IMG/VR virus record: IMGVR_UViG_3300000510_000016
Span: 23,526 to 87,525 of that record
DNA: 64,000 bases
Strand: one strand, 5' to 3'
Origin: a virus
Lineage: Duplodnaviria; Caudoviricetes
Numbering within the stretch: position 1 is the stretch's first letter; the number at the start of each line of letters is the position of its first letter. The position numbers and the translations under genes are program-made. The notes beneath the pieces were generated by a model. The model worked only from the letters and a program-made list of their open reading frames with translations, was not told where the DNA came from and searched no databases. Below are positions 18,263 through 27,347 of this stretch, piece by piece.

Positions 18263-18655
18263 GTGAATAATTATAATATTACATTTCGTTCCCCTAAAGT
18301 GGTATATACTATGAGAGCCAATTCTTCGGGAGATATTATTGAACTATTAACCCCTATATTTAAGAATAAATACGGAGGTGTTCTTGATAATCCTTCTATT
18401 GATTATCTAGGAAACATTTTTGATGTAGTGTATAATTTATTAAAACTAGGAGTTTATGCCAAAATTATTGAAGGTGATAAGTTTACCGCTAGTAAAGACG
18501 GTATTGATATAGAGGTAGAATTGATTGACGGTGAAACGAAGGTAAAGAACGTGTCTAATCAAATTTTGTTTTTACTAAAAGAGACCAGAATAGAGCAAGA
18601 ACGAATTTTTGAAAAGACAGTTAAATACAATATTGAACGTATGGGTAATTATTAG
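18263..18655 (+). CDS. Hypothetical protein
   Basis: AGGAG RBS. Confidence 0.7.
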   Translation: MNNYNITFRSPKVVYTMRANSSGDIIELLTPIFKNKYGGVLDNPSIDYLGNIFDVVYNLLKLGVYAKIIEGDKFTASKDGIDIEVELIDGETKVKNVSNQILFLLKETRIEQERIFEKTVKYNIERMGNY

Positions 18656-18664
18656 GAGCAGATT

Positions 18665-18994
18665 ATGAAATACATTCTTATGCAATTAACGGCTTATGAT
18701 TGTGGTCAGGAATATGAAATAGATGATTATAGCGTCTTATTAGAAATTGATAGTGATGGTGGTGGTAATGATGAACATGCTAGGAATGTTATCTCTGATT
18801 ACTTAAAGGGTTTCTACGAGATTGATGAGCTACCTGAAAGTGTTGTTGACAATATAAAAAAGTATAGATTATCAGATGAGAGTGTCTCAATATTTGATGT
18901 AGATAGTGAGCACCATGAATTAGAGTATATGGAAATGGTACATGTAGAAGTAGAGTGGCAATATATTGATGTTTATAAAGGAGAGGATAGATGA
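18665..18994 (+). CDS. Acidic hypothetical protein
   Basis: AGGAG RBS; D/E-rich. Confidence 0.75.
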   Translation: MKYILMQLTAYDCGQEYEIDDYSVLLEIDSDGGGNDEHARNVISDYLKGFYEIDELPESVVDNIKKYRLSDESVSIFDVDSEHHELEYMEMVHVEVEWQYIDVYKGEDR

Positions 18995-19287
18995 TACACA
19001 AACACATGAGTATTCCAGAGTTTCTTAACGAGCTTGATTTAGAGCAATTAAGAATGGTGATAAAGATGTCTAAAGATAAAATAGAAAAGATAACAGACCA
19101 AGAGAAGGTGGTGGTTTGGGTGTTCAGCTCTGGTGTGGTTAATGAGGGATTCTACAGTACAGAGGAAGATGCAGTACAAGCACTAAAGGATTATGTTATT
19201 TCAAAAGAGTATTCAGTACATGACACACTAAGAATATTTAAGACTTTTGAGTATCCAGAAGAAGCTAAGAGGCTTTTAGAGGAATAA
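18991..19287 (+). CDS. Hypothetical protein
   Basis: ATGA-coupled ORF. Confidence 0.75.
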   Translation: MIHKHMSIPEFLNELDLEQLRMVIKMSKDKIEKITDQEKVVVWVFSSGVVNEGFYSTEEDAVQALKDYVISKEYSVHDTLRIFKTFEYPEEAKRLLEE

Positions 19288-19488
19288 AGCTATCAAATAC
19301 AAATTGAATATTAAAGATATGGCATTTATAATATCCGTGATGGTGGCTATGATGCTTATATTGATGGGTTTAGATTATTTAGGTGTAGATTTATCAGTAC
19401 CAATAGAGCTACCTAGCTCAGATGAGAATACAAGTATGTCACTATCAGGTGCTATGTCAGGCACAATTAATTAAACAAAGGAATAATT

Positions 19489-19740
19489 ATGAGCAATACA
19501 GACAAACGCACAGCAGCTTTAAAAGAGTATCAAGAGAAAGTAAAGAGTGGTGAGATTGAACGTACAGTCCCTAAGAACCCTCTAGAGAAATGGGAGGAGG
19601 ATAAGAAGTCATTACGTAAATCAGTAAATGCTCAATGCTTTAATTGCATGGGAGGTGTAGACGGAGATAATGTAATTGGTGAGATACGTAAGTGTTCCTC
19701 TAGGGTTTGTACATTGTGGCATGTTCGTCCTTATAAATAG
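19489..19740 (+). CDS. Small Cys4 zinc-binding-like protein
   Basis: CFNC...C....C.LW..RPY. Confidence 0.75.
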   Translation: MSNTDKRTAALKEYQEKVKSGEIERTVPKNPLEKWEEDKKSLRKSVNAQCFNCMGGVDGDNVIGEIRKCSSRVCTLWHVRPYK

Positions 19741-19883
19741 ATTGTAAACAAGTACCTCAGCTAACACAATAGCATCTATATAGCCTCTTTACACCAACCC
19801 CTATGCACTTACTAGGGAAACATATTTAAGGGGCTATTTAGGTGGGTTTTATAGTCGTGAGGTAATAGCAAATAACATTAAAG

Positions 19884-20219
19884 GTGGCGAGTATGAAAAG
19901 AGTAAGTTATATCAAAGATAAGTTATTGCTAACAGGTGAAGAGCTAGATGAAATCTTATTAAACAAAAGCAGTAAGAGTCTGTTTGGAATATACATGACA
20001 GTTACAAACTTCGATGATTATGGATACAATATATTTACAGAGCATGGTATGAATATGCACACAACACTTCCTGACGACAGAGAAGTTAGTGATTGTAAAT
20101 GCCTGTACGATGTATTATTAAGAAATCCTTTTAGACTTAGAGAAGACGGCAACCTATTTTCTTTTATTAAGAACAGTCTAATATCAAGTAGGGATTTAAA
20201 AGAGGGAGAATTATTGTGA
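19884..20219 (+). CDS. Hypothetical protein
   Basis: ORF in operon. Confidence 0.65.
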   Translation: MASMKRVSYIKDKLLLTGEELDEILLNKSSKSLFGIYMTVTNFDDYGYNIFTEHGMNMHTTLPDDREVSDCKCLYDVLLRNPFRLREDGNLFSFIKNSLISSRDLKEGELL

Positions 20220-20668
20220 ACGACATTATAACTTTAAGTTTCAATGCAGCAGAATTATGTGGTTTAGTGACAGCACTCCTATCAATAGGGGTGATTGTTT
20301 GGTTAAGAGTTAGGGAGTATATTACCGATTCTAGAATGAGGTTACTTACAGAGATTAACGATGATTTAGAAAGATTACAGAATAACACAAATACGGGTAA
20401 GAATTTCTCTATTAGTGCAAAAGATGCAAAAGGGTTTGTTGAGGCTTGTGCAACTGGTGAAGAAATAGATAAGATACTAGACCCAGTTTTCGATAAGATA
20501 TACAAGGCATCAATTAAAGGAGACAGTGAGGTTTATGTACATGGTAGAGATTGGTATTACAGAGATAACATTAAATACAAAGAAGCAGCAGAGAGGTTGG
20601 AATCACTTGGATATAGTATTTGGAGAGGAGGTAAGACTTTAGGTGTGATTATTAAGTGGGGTGAATAG
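20216..20668 (+). CDS. Membrane-anchored hypothetical protein
   Basis: N-terminal TM helix. Confidence 0.7.
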   Translation: MNDIITLSFNAAELCGLVTALLSIGVIVWLRVREYITDSRMRLLTEINDDLERLQNNTNTGKNFSISAKDAKGFVEACATGEEIDKILDPVFDKIYKASIKGDSEVYVHGRDWYYRDNIKYKEAAERLESLGYSIWRGGKTLGVIIKWGE

Positions 20669-20671
20669 ACA

Positions 20672-21100
20672 ATGAAAGACAAGTATAATGAGATTCTAAA
20701 ATCAGCTAAAGAGCTATTATACAATATGGACACAGATGAATTTCTAGATAAGTTTCTAAAGATACAAGAGAGTAATAAGGAGAAGGATATGTTCGTAATA
20801 GATATAGCAAAAGATTTTAGTCAGTTACCTCAAGGTAGATATCACAGTGATAATCCTGATAATGCAGAGGCATTGTTTATCCTTATTCAAGATGTATTAG
20901 ATTACGAGGATAGTGTGGAGCTTAGGTTTAATGATACGCAGATAGCAGCAGTAGGTAGTAGCTTCTTAGACCAACTTGCTAGAATGGTTGTTACTTGGAG
21001 TTATCAAGATATTGTAATGGTGACAAGTGATAACGATTGGGTAGTAAGTAGATATGAGAAATATTTAAGTCATTGGGAACAACAAGGGGATAGCAAATGA
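20672..21100 (+). CDS. STAS-like (DUF4325-type) domain protein with N-terminal extension
   Basis: IDIAKDFS..P.GRY..D.P.NAE.....VELRF......GSSFLD motif. Confidence 0.7.
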   Translation: MKDKYNEILKSAKELLYNMDTDEFLDKFLKIQESNKEKDMFVIDIAKDFSQLPQGRYHSDNPDNAEALFILIQDVLDYEDSVELRFNDTQIAAVGSSFLDQLARMVVTWSYQDIVMVTSDNDWVVSRYEKYLSHWEQQGDSK

Positions 21101-21513
21101 GAACTAGAATTTATGAAGGCGATAGTGTAATAAAACTAAAAGAGTTGTTAGATAATTGCGCTGTTGATTACTTCCTATTAGAATATGAATATGGAGGGCT
21201 ATTGTGGAAAGGCGATGAGAATAGATTCTTACTTCCCTATACATCGAAGACAGCTGTCAGCAACGGTTTCTTAGGGTTATTTAAGAAGTATAAATATGAG
21301 GTAGACACTAGAAAATTAATTGAACAATACTTAACAGGCGAGCCTTGTGACTTTTACGGTAAAGGAGATATTGAGATAGTTAGAGATTTATATAAAGCTA
21401 TTAAGTTTGTTAGGGTATTAGGTGGAGAAATTGAGTTAAGTGTTAGAGAATTTGCAGTAGTGAGAGATATAATTATTTGGAAAGAAAGTGGTAATGGTAG
21501 GATTACTAAATAG
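21097..21513 (+). CDS. Hypothetical protein
   Basis: ATGA-coupled, last gene of the arm. Confidence 0.7.
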   Translation: MRTRIYEGDSVIKLKELLDNCAVDYFLLEYEYGGLLWKGDENRFLLPYTSKTAVSNGFLGLFKKYKYEVDTRKLIEQYLTGEPCDFYGKGDIEIVRDLYKAIKFVRVLGGEIELSVREFAVVRDIIIWKESGNGRITK

Positions 21514-21683
21514 GTGTTTTAAATAGTTTGAAAAATAATTTTGGCAGGTGTTTATAGGGGTGGGGGTTCTGTGGAATAGTTAGGTGGAATATCTGGTGGG
21601 GTTTAGGTGGGAGGTTGTGGTAGAGGTTTAGGTTTGAAAGTCCTCAGCTATTTCTAGCAGTGTCGAACAAGACCGTAGGTCGG

Positions 21684-21706
21684 GCATATTTAACCCCACT
21701 TGTCAA
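21684..21706 (-). repeat. Left copy of inverted motif TTGACAAGTGG-n4/5-AAATATGC
   Basis: Reverse complement TTGACAAGTGGGGTTAAATATGC matches 29094-29117. Confidence 0.7.
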
Positions 21707-22105
21707 TCAAAATATCACATATCTTTACCATACTTAACATATACATTTATATAATATCGAATAATATCTTATACCACCCCCACCCCTTGCCAAGCTTTGA
21801 GCTATACCAATTCGACATAATAATCAATAGATAATTACGTATCATTACATTATTATTTAGTCCTTAGACCTTGCTTTAGCTATCAAGATTTTTATATGGA
21901 TACCGCTAGATAACTATTTTGCCATTCATTCATTCAAGTGTAGATGAGAACAGACAGACAGACAAGCATAGAATGGCGTGAGACAGTGTTGTAATAACAT
22001 CCCTATGCGATAGTAGCTGAATGAATTAGAACGCCATACAGAGCAATACAGAGCTATATAGGATATTATACGATATATGATAATGTAGAGTGATTCATCA
22101 GACAC

Positions 22106-22132
22106 AAAAAAGCCCATCAATTAAGATAGGCT
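22106..22132 (-). terminator. Intrinsic terminator closing the minus-strand early block
   Basis: AGCCTATC-TTAATT-GATGGGCT + T6 on minus strand. Confidence 0.75.
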
Positions 22133-22155
22133 ATTGTGGCAGGACTTGTTAGGGG

Positions 22156-22338
22156 TTAATACTCTTCATCTACTGCATTGGCATGGTCTAATTTATGTAT
22201 AATTAACATCGTTTCACTACTTTGATATACTGCATCATATTGCTTGGTAGTTTGAACCAGTGAATAGAATACTAGCCCTACTAATAACGCTGCTATAGTT
22301 ACTGCCATTATAAAGTGATTCATATTAATAAGCCTCAA
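22156..22338 (-). CDS. Small membrane protein
   Basis: TM helix; coupled to upstream gene. Confidence 0.6.
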   Translation of the reverse strand: MRLINMNHFIMAVTIAALLVGLVFYSLVQTTKQYDAVYQSSETMLIIHKLDHANAVDEEY

Positions 22339-22726
22339 TAGTGTAATGTGTTGGAATGTTATAAATCGGTTGGTCTTGTATTAACTCATATAAAACATCC
22401 CTTAAATCACTATTGCCATTGTCATCATAATTTACGTAATAACTACCATTGGGTAAACCTGCTATATTGTTAATATAAACACTTTCATCGTCTGCACCCG
22501 TTTGCATATCATCAATAGTTACTAACCCATCGTTAACACTGACTAGGCATTCAGTAGTAAACGACAAGCAAGCATCATCTACTAAGCTGTGGTATTGTAT
22601 AGTCATTTCTGCTAGGTATAAGTTTAGGTCACTATCTTCCCCCATCATGTCGCCAAGGTTTGCATCATAGTTTACTGCTAAGATAAAAACTGGTCTAATT
22701 TGTAATGCTTGTTTAATAGTTAACAT
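22325..22726 (-). CDS. Acidic early hypothetical protein
   Basis: AAGGA RBS; D-rich. Confidence 0.75.
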   Translation of the reverse strand: MLTIKQALQIRPVFILAVNYDANLGDMMGEDSDLNLYLAEMTIQYHSLVDDACLSFTTECLVSVNDGLVTIDDMQTGADDESVYINNIAGLPNGSYYVNYDDNGNSDLRDVLYELIQDQPIYNIPTHYTIEAY

Positions 22727-22868
22727 TGTATTGTCCTTTATATTATATTACTAGGTTATACCTTGCTTGTTAGTTAAGTCCTGACCGCGCATATCAAAGT
22801 CGCAATGCTAAGTATTTGTGGTATTTTATAAGGATAGTTTAATCTAACATCTTGCTTGGTATGTGTTT

Positions 22869-22897
22869 ATTATATAGCCATTCGTATTTGATGTAAA
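22869..22897 (-). promoter_or_regulatory. Early sigma70 promoter with conserved leader
   Basis: TTTACA-17-TATAAT followed by ACATACCAAGCAA. Confidence 0.8.
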
Positions 22898-22921
22898 GCA
22901 TTATTATCATTTATTTTATAA

Positions 22922-23233
22922 TTAATTATCACAGCTTAGTAAAGACTTTATATCATCATATTGTATATTATAGCTGTCGTTATCTATAACATACGTTCTA
23001 CCAATATCACTAGGTAATGAGAACAACAATACATTATTATCAGTGAACATAACACTAAATAACTTACCATCATTATACATTGATAAATACAAGCCAATGT
23101 TACTTTGAGATAACTTAATATCACTTGTTTTATCATCGTTAATAGTGTTAATCAATTCTATTATTACGTTAAAATCTTCTATAGACTTATTATAAACACA
23201 CTGGTTCAATATGGTTAATAGTTTGTTTTTCAT
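22922..23233 (-). CDS. Early hypothetical protein
   Basis: AAGGA RBS. Confidence 0.7.
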   Translation of the reverse strand: MKNKLLTILNQCVYNKSIEDFNVIIELINTINDDKTSDIKLSQSNIGLYLSMYNDGKLFSVMFTDNNVLLFSLPSDIGRTYVIDNDSYNIQYDDIKSLLSCDN

Positions 23234-23319
23234 GTTATGGTATCCTTATTTGATGTTTAAGTCGCTTATTAATGATAGCACCTATGCAAGCTTACTACCA
23301 TTATAAATAATCTATCTGT

Positions 23320-23913
23320 TTATTGATAGTCGATGTTTAAGCAATTTATAATGTCGCTCAGTTGGCTATAATCATATCCACTAATAAAATCCATTATTTC
23401 TTCTATTAAGCTTGTTTCGTAGTCTGCACCTAACAAAGATGACTTTTCTATATCGTATCCTATGTTTAAATAATCCATAAAACTATGCAACATATTTTCA
23501 TCATCTGTTATATTATCTTCAATGCTGGCAAGCATATCCTCAAGTGTAGCCACTGTTATGTCATACTCTGCTAGTTTATCTTCACTGATTAACCATTCTG
23601 CAAGCTCGCTAATGTCTATTGGGCTATTATCGCTTAGTCTATAATCAAAACTAACAGCATGACCATACCCGTTAAATGTAAAGTAATTCTCATGGTCTTT
23701 ATAATCTTTATTGTTGGTCTGTCTAATTGCATCGTAAGGGGTTAAAAATAAATCATTAATAGTATGCTCATCATTATTGAATATTAATTCGTATCCATTA
23801 TTATTAGCATAATCATTATATATTGATATAGTATCTTCATTATCCATATCAGTAATGACTTCAATAACTTGGTTTAATTGAATGGCTGCTAAGTCTTTAT
23901 TTAGTGTAGTCAT
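23320..23913 (-). CDS. Highly acidic early protein, ArdA/antirestriction-like candidate
   Basis: D/E-rich; YFTFNGYG motif reminiscent of ArdA-related phage proteins (from memory). Confidence 0.6.
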   Translation of the reverse strand: MTTLNKDLAAIQLNQVIEVITDMDNEDTISIYNDYANNNGYELIFNNDEHTINDLFLTPYDAIRQTNNKDYKDHENYFTFNGYGHAVSFDYRLSDNSPIDISELAEWLISEDKLAEYDITVATLEDMLASIEDNITDDENMLHSFMDYLNIGYDIEKSSLLGADYETSLIEEIMDFISGYDYSQLSDIINCLNIDYQ

Positions 23914-23965
23914 AATAATGTTACCTTATATTGTATTATTGATTAATTGGTGTGTTTAATACTTA

Positions 23966-24199
23966 TTAATACTTGTTTATTCTGCCAAGGTCTCCAGCTC
24001 TGCTAATATCAAATATTACCACATGCTTGTAATGCCTAAATAAGATGATATCATCTGCCCCCATTTTACTATAGCTTTTGATAATAGTTAATCCGTGTTC
24101 GCTATCTACTATCACTTCATGCGCTTGTATTGAGACAGCTTTTTCTAAGTTAGGGCTTGTATAACGGTTAATGATTAGTAGGTTATTAGTGTTTGTCAT
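23966..24199 (-). CDS. Early hypothetical protein
   Basis: AGGA RBS. Confidence 0.7.
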   Translation of the reverse strand: MTNTNNLLIINRYTSPNLEKAVSIQAHEVIVDSEHGLTIIKSYSKMGADDIILFRHYKHVVIFDISRAGDLGRINKY

Positions 24200-24229
24200 T
24201 TTGTATTGTCCTATTGTTTGGTTTATTGG

Positions 24230-24460
24230 TTAGTATTTTAATGTGTTTAAGTCGATTATATCTAATACTTTAATTGTATTTTCTAATGAAGTATAACAGT
24301 AAAGCTCAATATCATTCATATATACGCCATAATCATATTTATCATCTGTACTAACTTGAATATTCAGTTTGTTAGTAATGCTTTTTAACAAGTATGGCTC
24401 TGCATTGTCTAAGTATTTCATAGTGGTTTTTACAAGGTCGTTATTTAGTTTATATAGCAT
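24230..24460 (-). CDS. Early hypothetical protein
   Basis: ATG 24460 with AGGA RBS. Confidence 0.65.
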   Translation of the reverse strand: MLYKLNNDLVKTTMKYLDNAEPYLLKSITNKLNIQVSTDDKYDYGVYMNDIELYCYTSLENTIKVLDIIDLNTLKY

Positions 24461-24492
24461 TGGTTTATGTCCTATTGTTTGTTTGATAAAGG

Positions 24493-24789
24493 TTAGTAAT
24501 AACAGTCTTTGATGCATTGGGTATACTCAAAAGCATATAATTCATTCTCTGCTATTTCTTGCTGTTCTTCAGTTAGTCTATATTCGTCTTCATAATCATC
24601 TGCATCATAATAGTAATATAAAGAAATACTATCAAAAAAGCCTATTATTTCATCTAATGTGAAGCTGTCTTTATATTCACTTACTATCTGCTCAATAACA
24701 CATTCGTAACTGTAGGCGCTATCTAATTCTAGGGCGTGGCAATAGTGCCCGTTACGCTCTGTTATGATATGGTCTATTAATCTATTCAT
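24493..24789 (-). CDS. Acidic early hypothetical protein
   Basis: D/E/Y-rich. Confidence 0.75.
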   Translation of the reverse strand: MNRLIDHIITERNGHYCHALELDSAYSYECVIEQIVSEYKDSFTLDEIIGFFDSISLYYYYDADDYEDEYRLTEEQQEIAENELYAFEYTQCIKDCYY

Positions 24790-24904
24790 GGTCTTATATC
24801 CTATTGTTAGGGGGCTATCAGCTAAGCTGTTAGGCTAGCATATTAGCTTAGCTATGTTAGCCCCGTGTTATGTTTAAGTAGCTGCTGCTGGCTTGTATGG
24901 CTTG

Positions 24905-25270
24905 TTAAAACGCTTGGTATACAAAGTAAGTAACACCGTTATCATCTTCGTATTGTCCGCATACGTAAGTATTATCTTGTAAGTAATACTCTACAGTTTC
25001 AATTTTCTCATCAACACTATCGCAGTCTGTCATATCAATATCATAGTTGTTAATGATATCAGCTATTGATTCTTCACTATATTCACAACATAAAGCAATA
25101 ACATCCATTTCTATATTAATTCCGCAATCAATAGCTGTCTGTTCTAATGATTCAAACAAGATACGTAAGCCTTTATAGCTAAAGTTATCCATGCGATTAT
25201 AGGCTTTAAATTCGTTAATGAAGTCATTTTCATCAAATGTTTTTACGATACCAAAGTTAGTGTTAGTCAT
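24905..25270 (-). CDS. Acidic early protein (conserved phage hypothetical, DNA-mimic candidate)
   Basis: F..EF..YNR.DNFSY.GL..LF..LE......E.DVIALCCEYSE pattern; strongly acidic. Confidence 0.75.
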   Translation of the reverse strand: MTNTNFGIVKTFDENDFINEFKAYNRMDNFSYKGLRILFESLEQTAIDCGINIEMDVIALCCEYSEESIADIINNYDIDMTDCDSVDEKIETVEYYLQDNTYVCGQYEDDNGVTYFVYQAF

Positions 25271-25379
25271 AATATTTCTCTTTTGAGTAGTGTATCATTA
25301 TTGATACGTGGGTTAAAATTGCTTAGCTGTGTGTTACCTATTTTAGCATAACACATATTAAACAACTTATTTAAATATA

Positions 25380-25592
25380 CTATACTAATTCTAAAATAAG
25401 TTTTTCTAATTGTTTAATACTTTTAGCATATTGATTCATATACTTTTCATGCAATTCTTCCTGCATAAATGAAGGGTATTTATTACAATTTTTATATTCT
25501 TCTGTCTCAAATCTTGCTTGCATATTTTGCATATTTACTTTAGTTTCAGCGATTTGTGATTTGTATAAAGCTACTAATGATTTGTTTGACAT
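25380..25592 (-). CDS. Early coiled-coil hypothetical protein
   Basis: Directly downstream of promoter, AAGGA RBS. Confidence 0.75.
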   Translation of the reverse strand: MSNKSLVALYKSQIAETKVNMQNMQARFETEEYKNCNKYPSFMQEELHEKYMNQYAKSIKQLEKLILELV

Positions 25593-25634
25593 GGTGGTAT
25601 TCCTTATTTATTAATCTTGCTGTGTATGTCTGCT

Positions 25635-25663
25635 ATTATATAGATGTTACATAATACTGTCAA
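25635..25663 (-). promoter_or_regulatory. Consensus early sigma70 promoter
   Basis: TTGACA-17-TATAAT with AT-rich UP element and variant leader ACATACACAGCAA. Confidence 0.85.
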
Positions 25664-25687
25664 CACTTATTTTAATATTTATTACGT

Positions 25688-26128
25688 TTATTTACTCATA
25701 CGCTTGCATAACATAAAATCTATATATTTTTGAGCCTTATCATATTCGTTAAAAGTAGCTTGCAACTTATTATCACTTATTACTCTATAACGTGATAGTG
25801 TATCTGGCTCTGATATTTCAATTTCAAAACTAGGCATGATATATTTCTCGTGTTGATATAATATACGTTTACTTTTTACGTCTACTATTTTTAAGATGCA
25901 ATGGTCTAAGATTGAACCACCACCAGTAGAACGCGAGTTTCTAATAAGCAAAGGTATTTGTTTTGCACCAGTAGAACGCCCAATATTTCCTATCACATCA
26001 TATTCTTCTAACCAGTCTTTGCCAGTGGTAGTATCTCCATATACTAAGCGAATACGTTGCTGAGACATACTAAGGTTATTTAACAAGGTAGCTACACGGC
26101 TTGGGGTTTTTTCATTTAAAGTAAACAT
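25688..26128 (-). CDS. Conserved phage hypothetical protein
   Basis: RIRLVYGD..TG.DWLEEYDV.G.IGRSTG..QIPLLI.N.RS.GGG.ILDHCILKI pattern widespread in phages (from memory). Confidence 0.8.
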   Translation of the reverse strand: MFTLNEKTPSRVATLLNNLSMSQQRIRLVYGDTTTGKDWLEEYDVIGNIGRSTGAKQIPLLIRNSRSTGGGSILDHCILKIVDVKSKRILYQHEKYIMPSFEIEISEPDTLSRYRVISDNKLQATFNEYDKAQKYIDFMLCKRMSK

Positions 26129-26178
26129 TTCATTAAATCCTATTTAAGTAAATTTAAGTTTCTAAGTAAGTAACGCCT

Positions 26179-26207
26179 ATTCTATAGATTATAATTAATA
26201 AAGTAAA
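26179..26207 (-). promoter_or_regulatory. Early sigma70 promoter
   Basis: TTTACT-17-TAGAAT. Confidence 0.65.
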
Positions 26208-26225
26208 GCATTATTTTAATATATT

Positions 26226-26597
26226 TTAGAATGTAGCAGTAAAGATAAGCGCAATAAAGATTAATTGCATAACTAACAAGCATAATAAAAAAGTATTGTT
26301 TTTGGCATAATTGCCTATCATCTTGGCTATATAAAAATGGTCACTATATACGCCGTATTCGCTATATACGGTCTTATTCAATGTTAGTGGTAACGATAGG
26401 CTATAGCTAGTTTTATCATGTGTTAGGATAGGTATGTAAGCCACTGATTGATTGATATTAGTAATGCCAAGCTGATTAGTCGCAGCAGTCTTTAAAAATA
26501 CAAGCCACTGACCAAATTTATAACGGTATGTTTCAGTTGGTTTAATAGTTAGCTTAGTCATTTTATGAGCCTCAGTGAATAGGGTTGAATTGTTCAT
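26226..26597 (-). CDS. Early protein, LFxxAHxMTK N-terminal domain + C-terminal TM
   Basis: N-terminus paralogous to 27348-27647. Confidence 0.7.
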   Translation of the reverse strand: MNNSTLFTEAHKMTKLTIKPTETYRYKFGQWLVFLKTAATNQLGITNINQSVAYIPILTHDKTSYSLSLPLTLNKTVYSEYGVYSDHFYIAKMIGNYAKNNTFLLCLLVMQLIFIALIFTATF

Positions 26598-26609
26598 TTT
26601 GGTTTATCC

Positions 26610-26795
26610 TTATGCGTTAATATCTTGAATGTAATATTGAGATGTACAGCTTAAGTAATTATCTACTTTGAGTAATTGCACGTTATCAACAATAAAATAA
26701 GCCTTACTGCCATGTTCTAAGTTTACTACTTTTGAGCATTTAACATCAATACTTACTATCATGTTAAAGACATTTCTTGTTATTTCAGCATACAT
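26610..26795 (-). CDS. Early hypothetical protein
   Basis: AAGGA RBS. Confidence 0.7.
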   Translation of the reverse strand: MYAEITRNVFNMIVSIDVKCSKVVNLEHGSKAYFIVDNVQLLKVDNYLSCTSQYYIQDINA

Positions 26796-26806
26796 AATAT
26801 TAATCC

Positions 26807-27001
26807 TTATATAAATTTATTGAGTAGATAAAAAGTGATAATGGCAATAATGATAAAACAGATTATCCCTTTAAAGATATCTCCAAACGATAATGGCTTG
26901 GCTGTCTCAATATAACCTTGGCTGCCTTTATAATCATTATAGCTATCATAACCTTGTTTTAAAGACTTGTTAGCGTATTTGTTACGTTGCTTGTTTTGCA
27001 T
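26807..27001 (-). CDS. Small early membrane protein
   Basis: C-terminal TM helix. Confidence 0.7.
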   Translation of the reverse strand: MQNKQRNKYANKSLKQGYDSYNDYKGSQGYIETAKPLSFGDIFKGIICFIIIAIITFYLLNKFI

Positions 27002-27065
27002 GGTTATCCTTTATTTTGGATACACTACCTCCCTGCTCCAGTTTGGTAGTGTGTTAGCTAAGATA

Positions 27066-27236
27066 TTAACCATTGCAATTGTTAGCAAATTCGATAGCGT
27101 CTGCTAGGTTGCTGCTATATACCATCTCATTATTATATATGCAAAAAACTCTTCCATCGGCGTGGACAATAAAATCACCACCTTGAGCAAATGTTTTAAA
27201 GTTTTCTACTGTTAGTACGTTATTTAAAGTTTTCAT
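27066..27236 (-). CDS. Early hypothetical protein
   Basis: ATG 27236 downstream of promoter. Confidence 0.65.
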   Translation of the reverse strand: MKTLNNVLTVENFKTFAQGGDFIVHADGRVFCIYNNEMVYSSNLADAIEFANNCNG

Positions 27237-27279
27237 AATGTTAGCCTTTTGATTAGTTGTTGTTGCTTGGTATGTGTCT

Positions 27280-27308
27280 ATTATAAGTATTAACCAATAG
27301 GCTGTCAA
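27280..27308 (-). promoter_or_regulatory. Consensus early sigma70 promoter (spacer identical to 28642-28670)
   Basis: TTGACA-GCCTATTGGTTAATACT-TATAAT + ACATACCAAGCAA. Confidence 0.9.
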
Positions 27309-27347
27309 CACTTATTTTAATAATAATTATAATTATTTTATAGTTTA

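Noticed and set aside
21926-22120. 64-aa minus-strand ORF
   Set aside because: Begins inside the terminator of the early block; no RBS; likely non-coding
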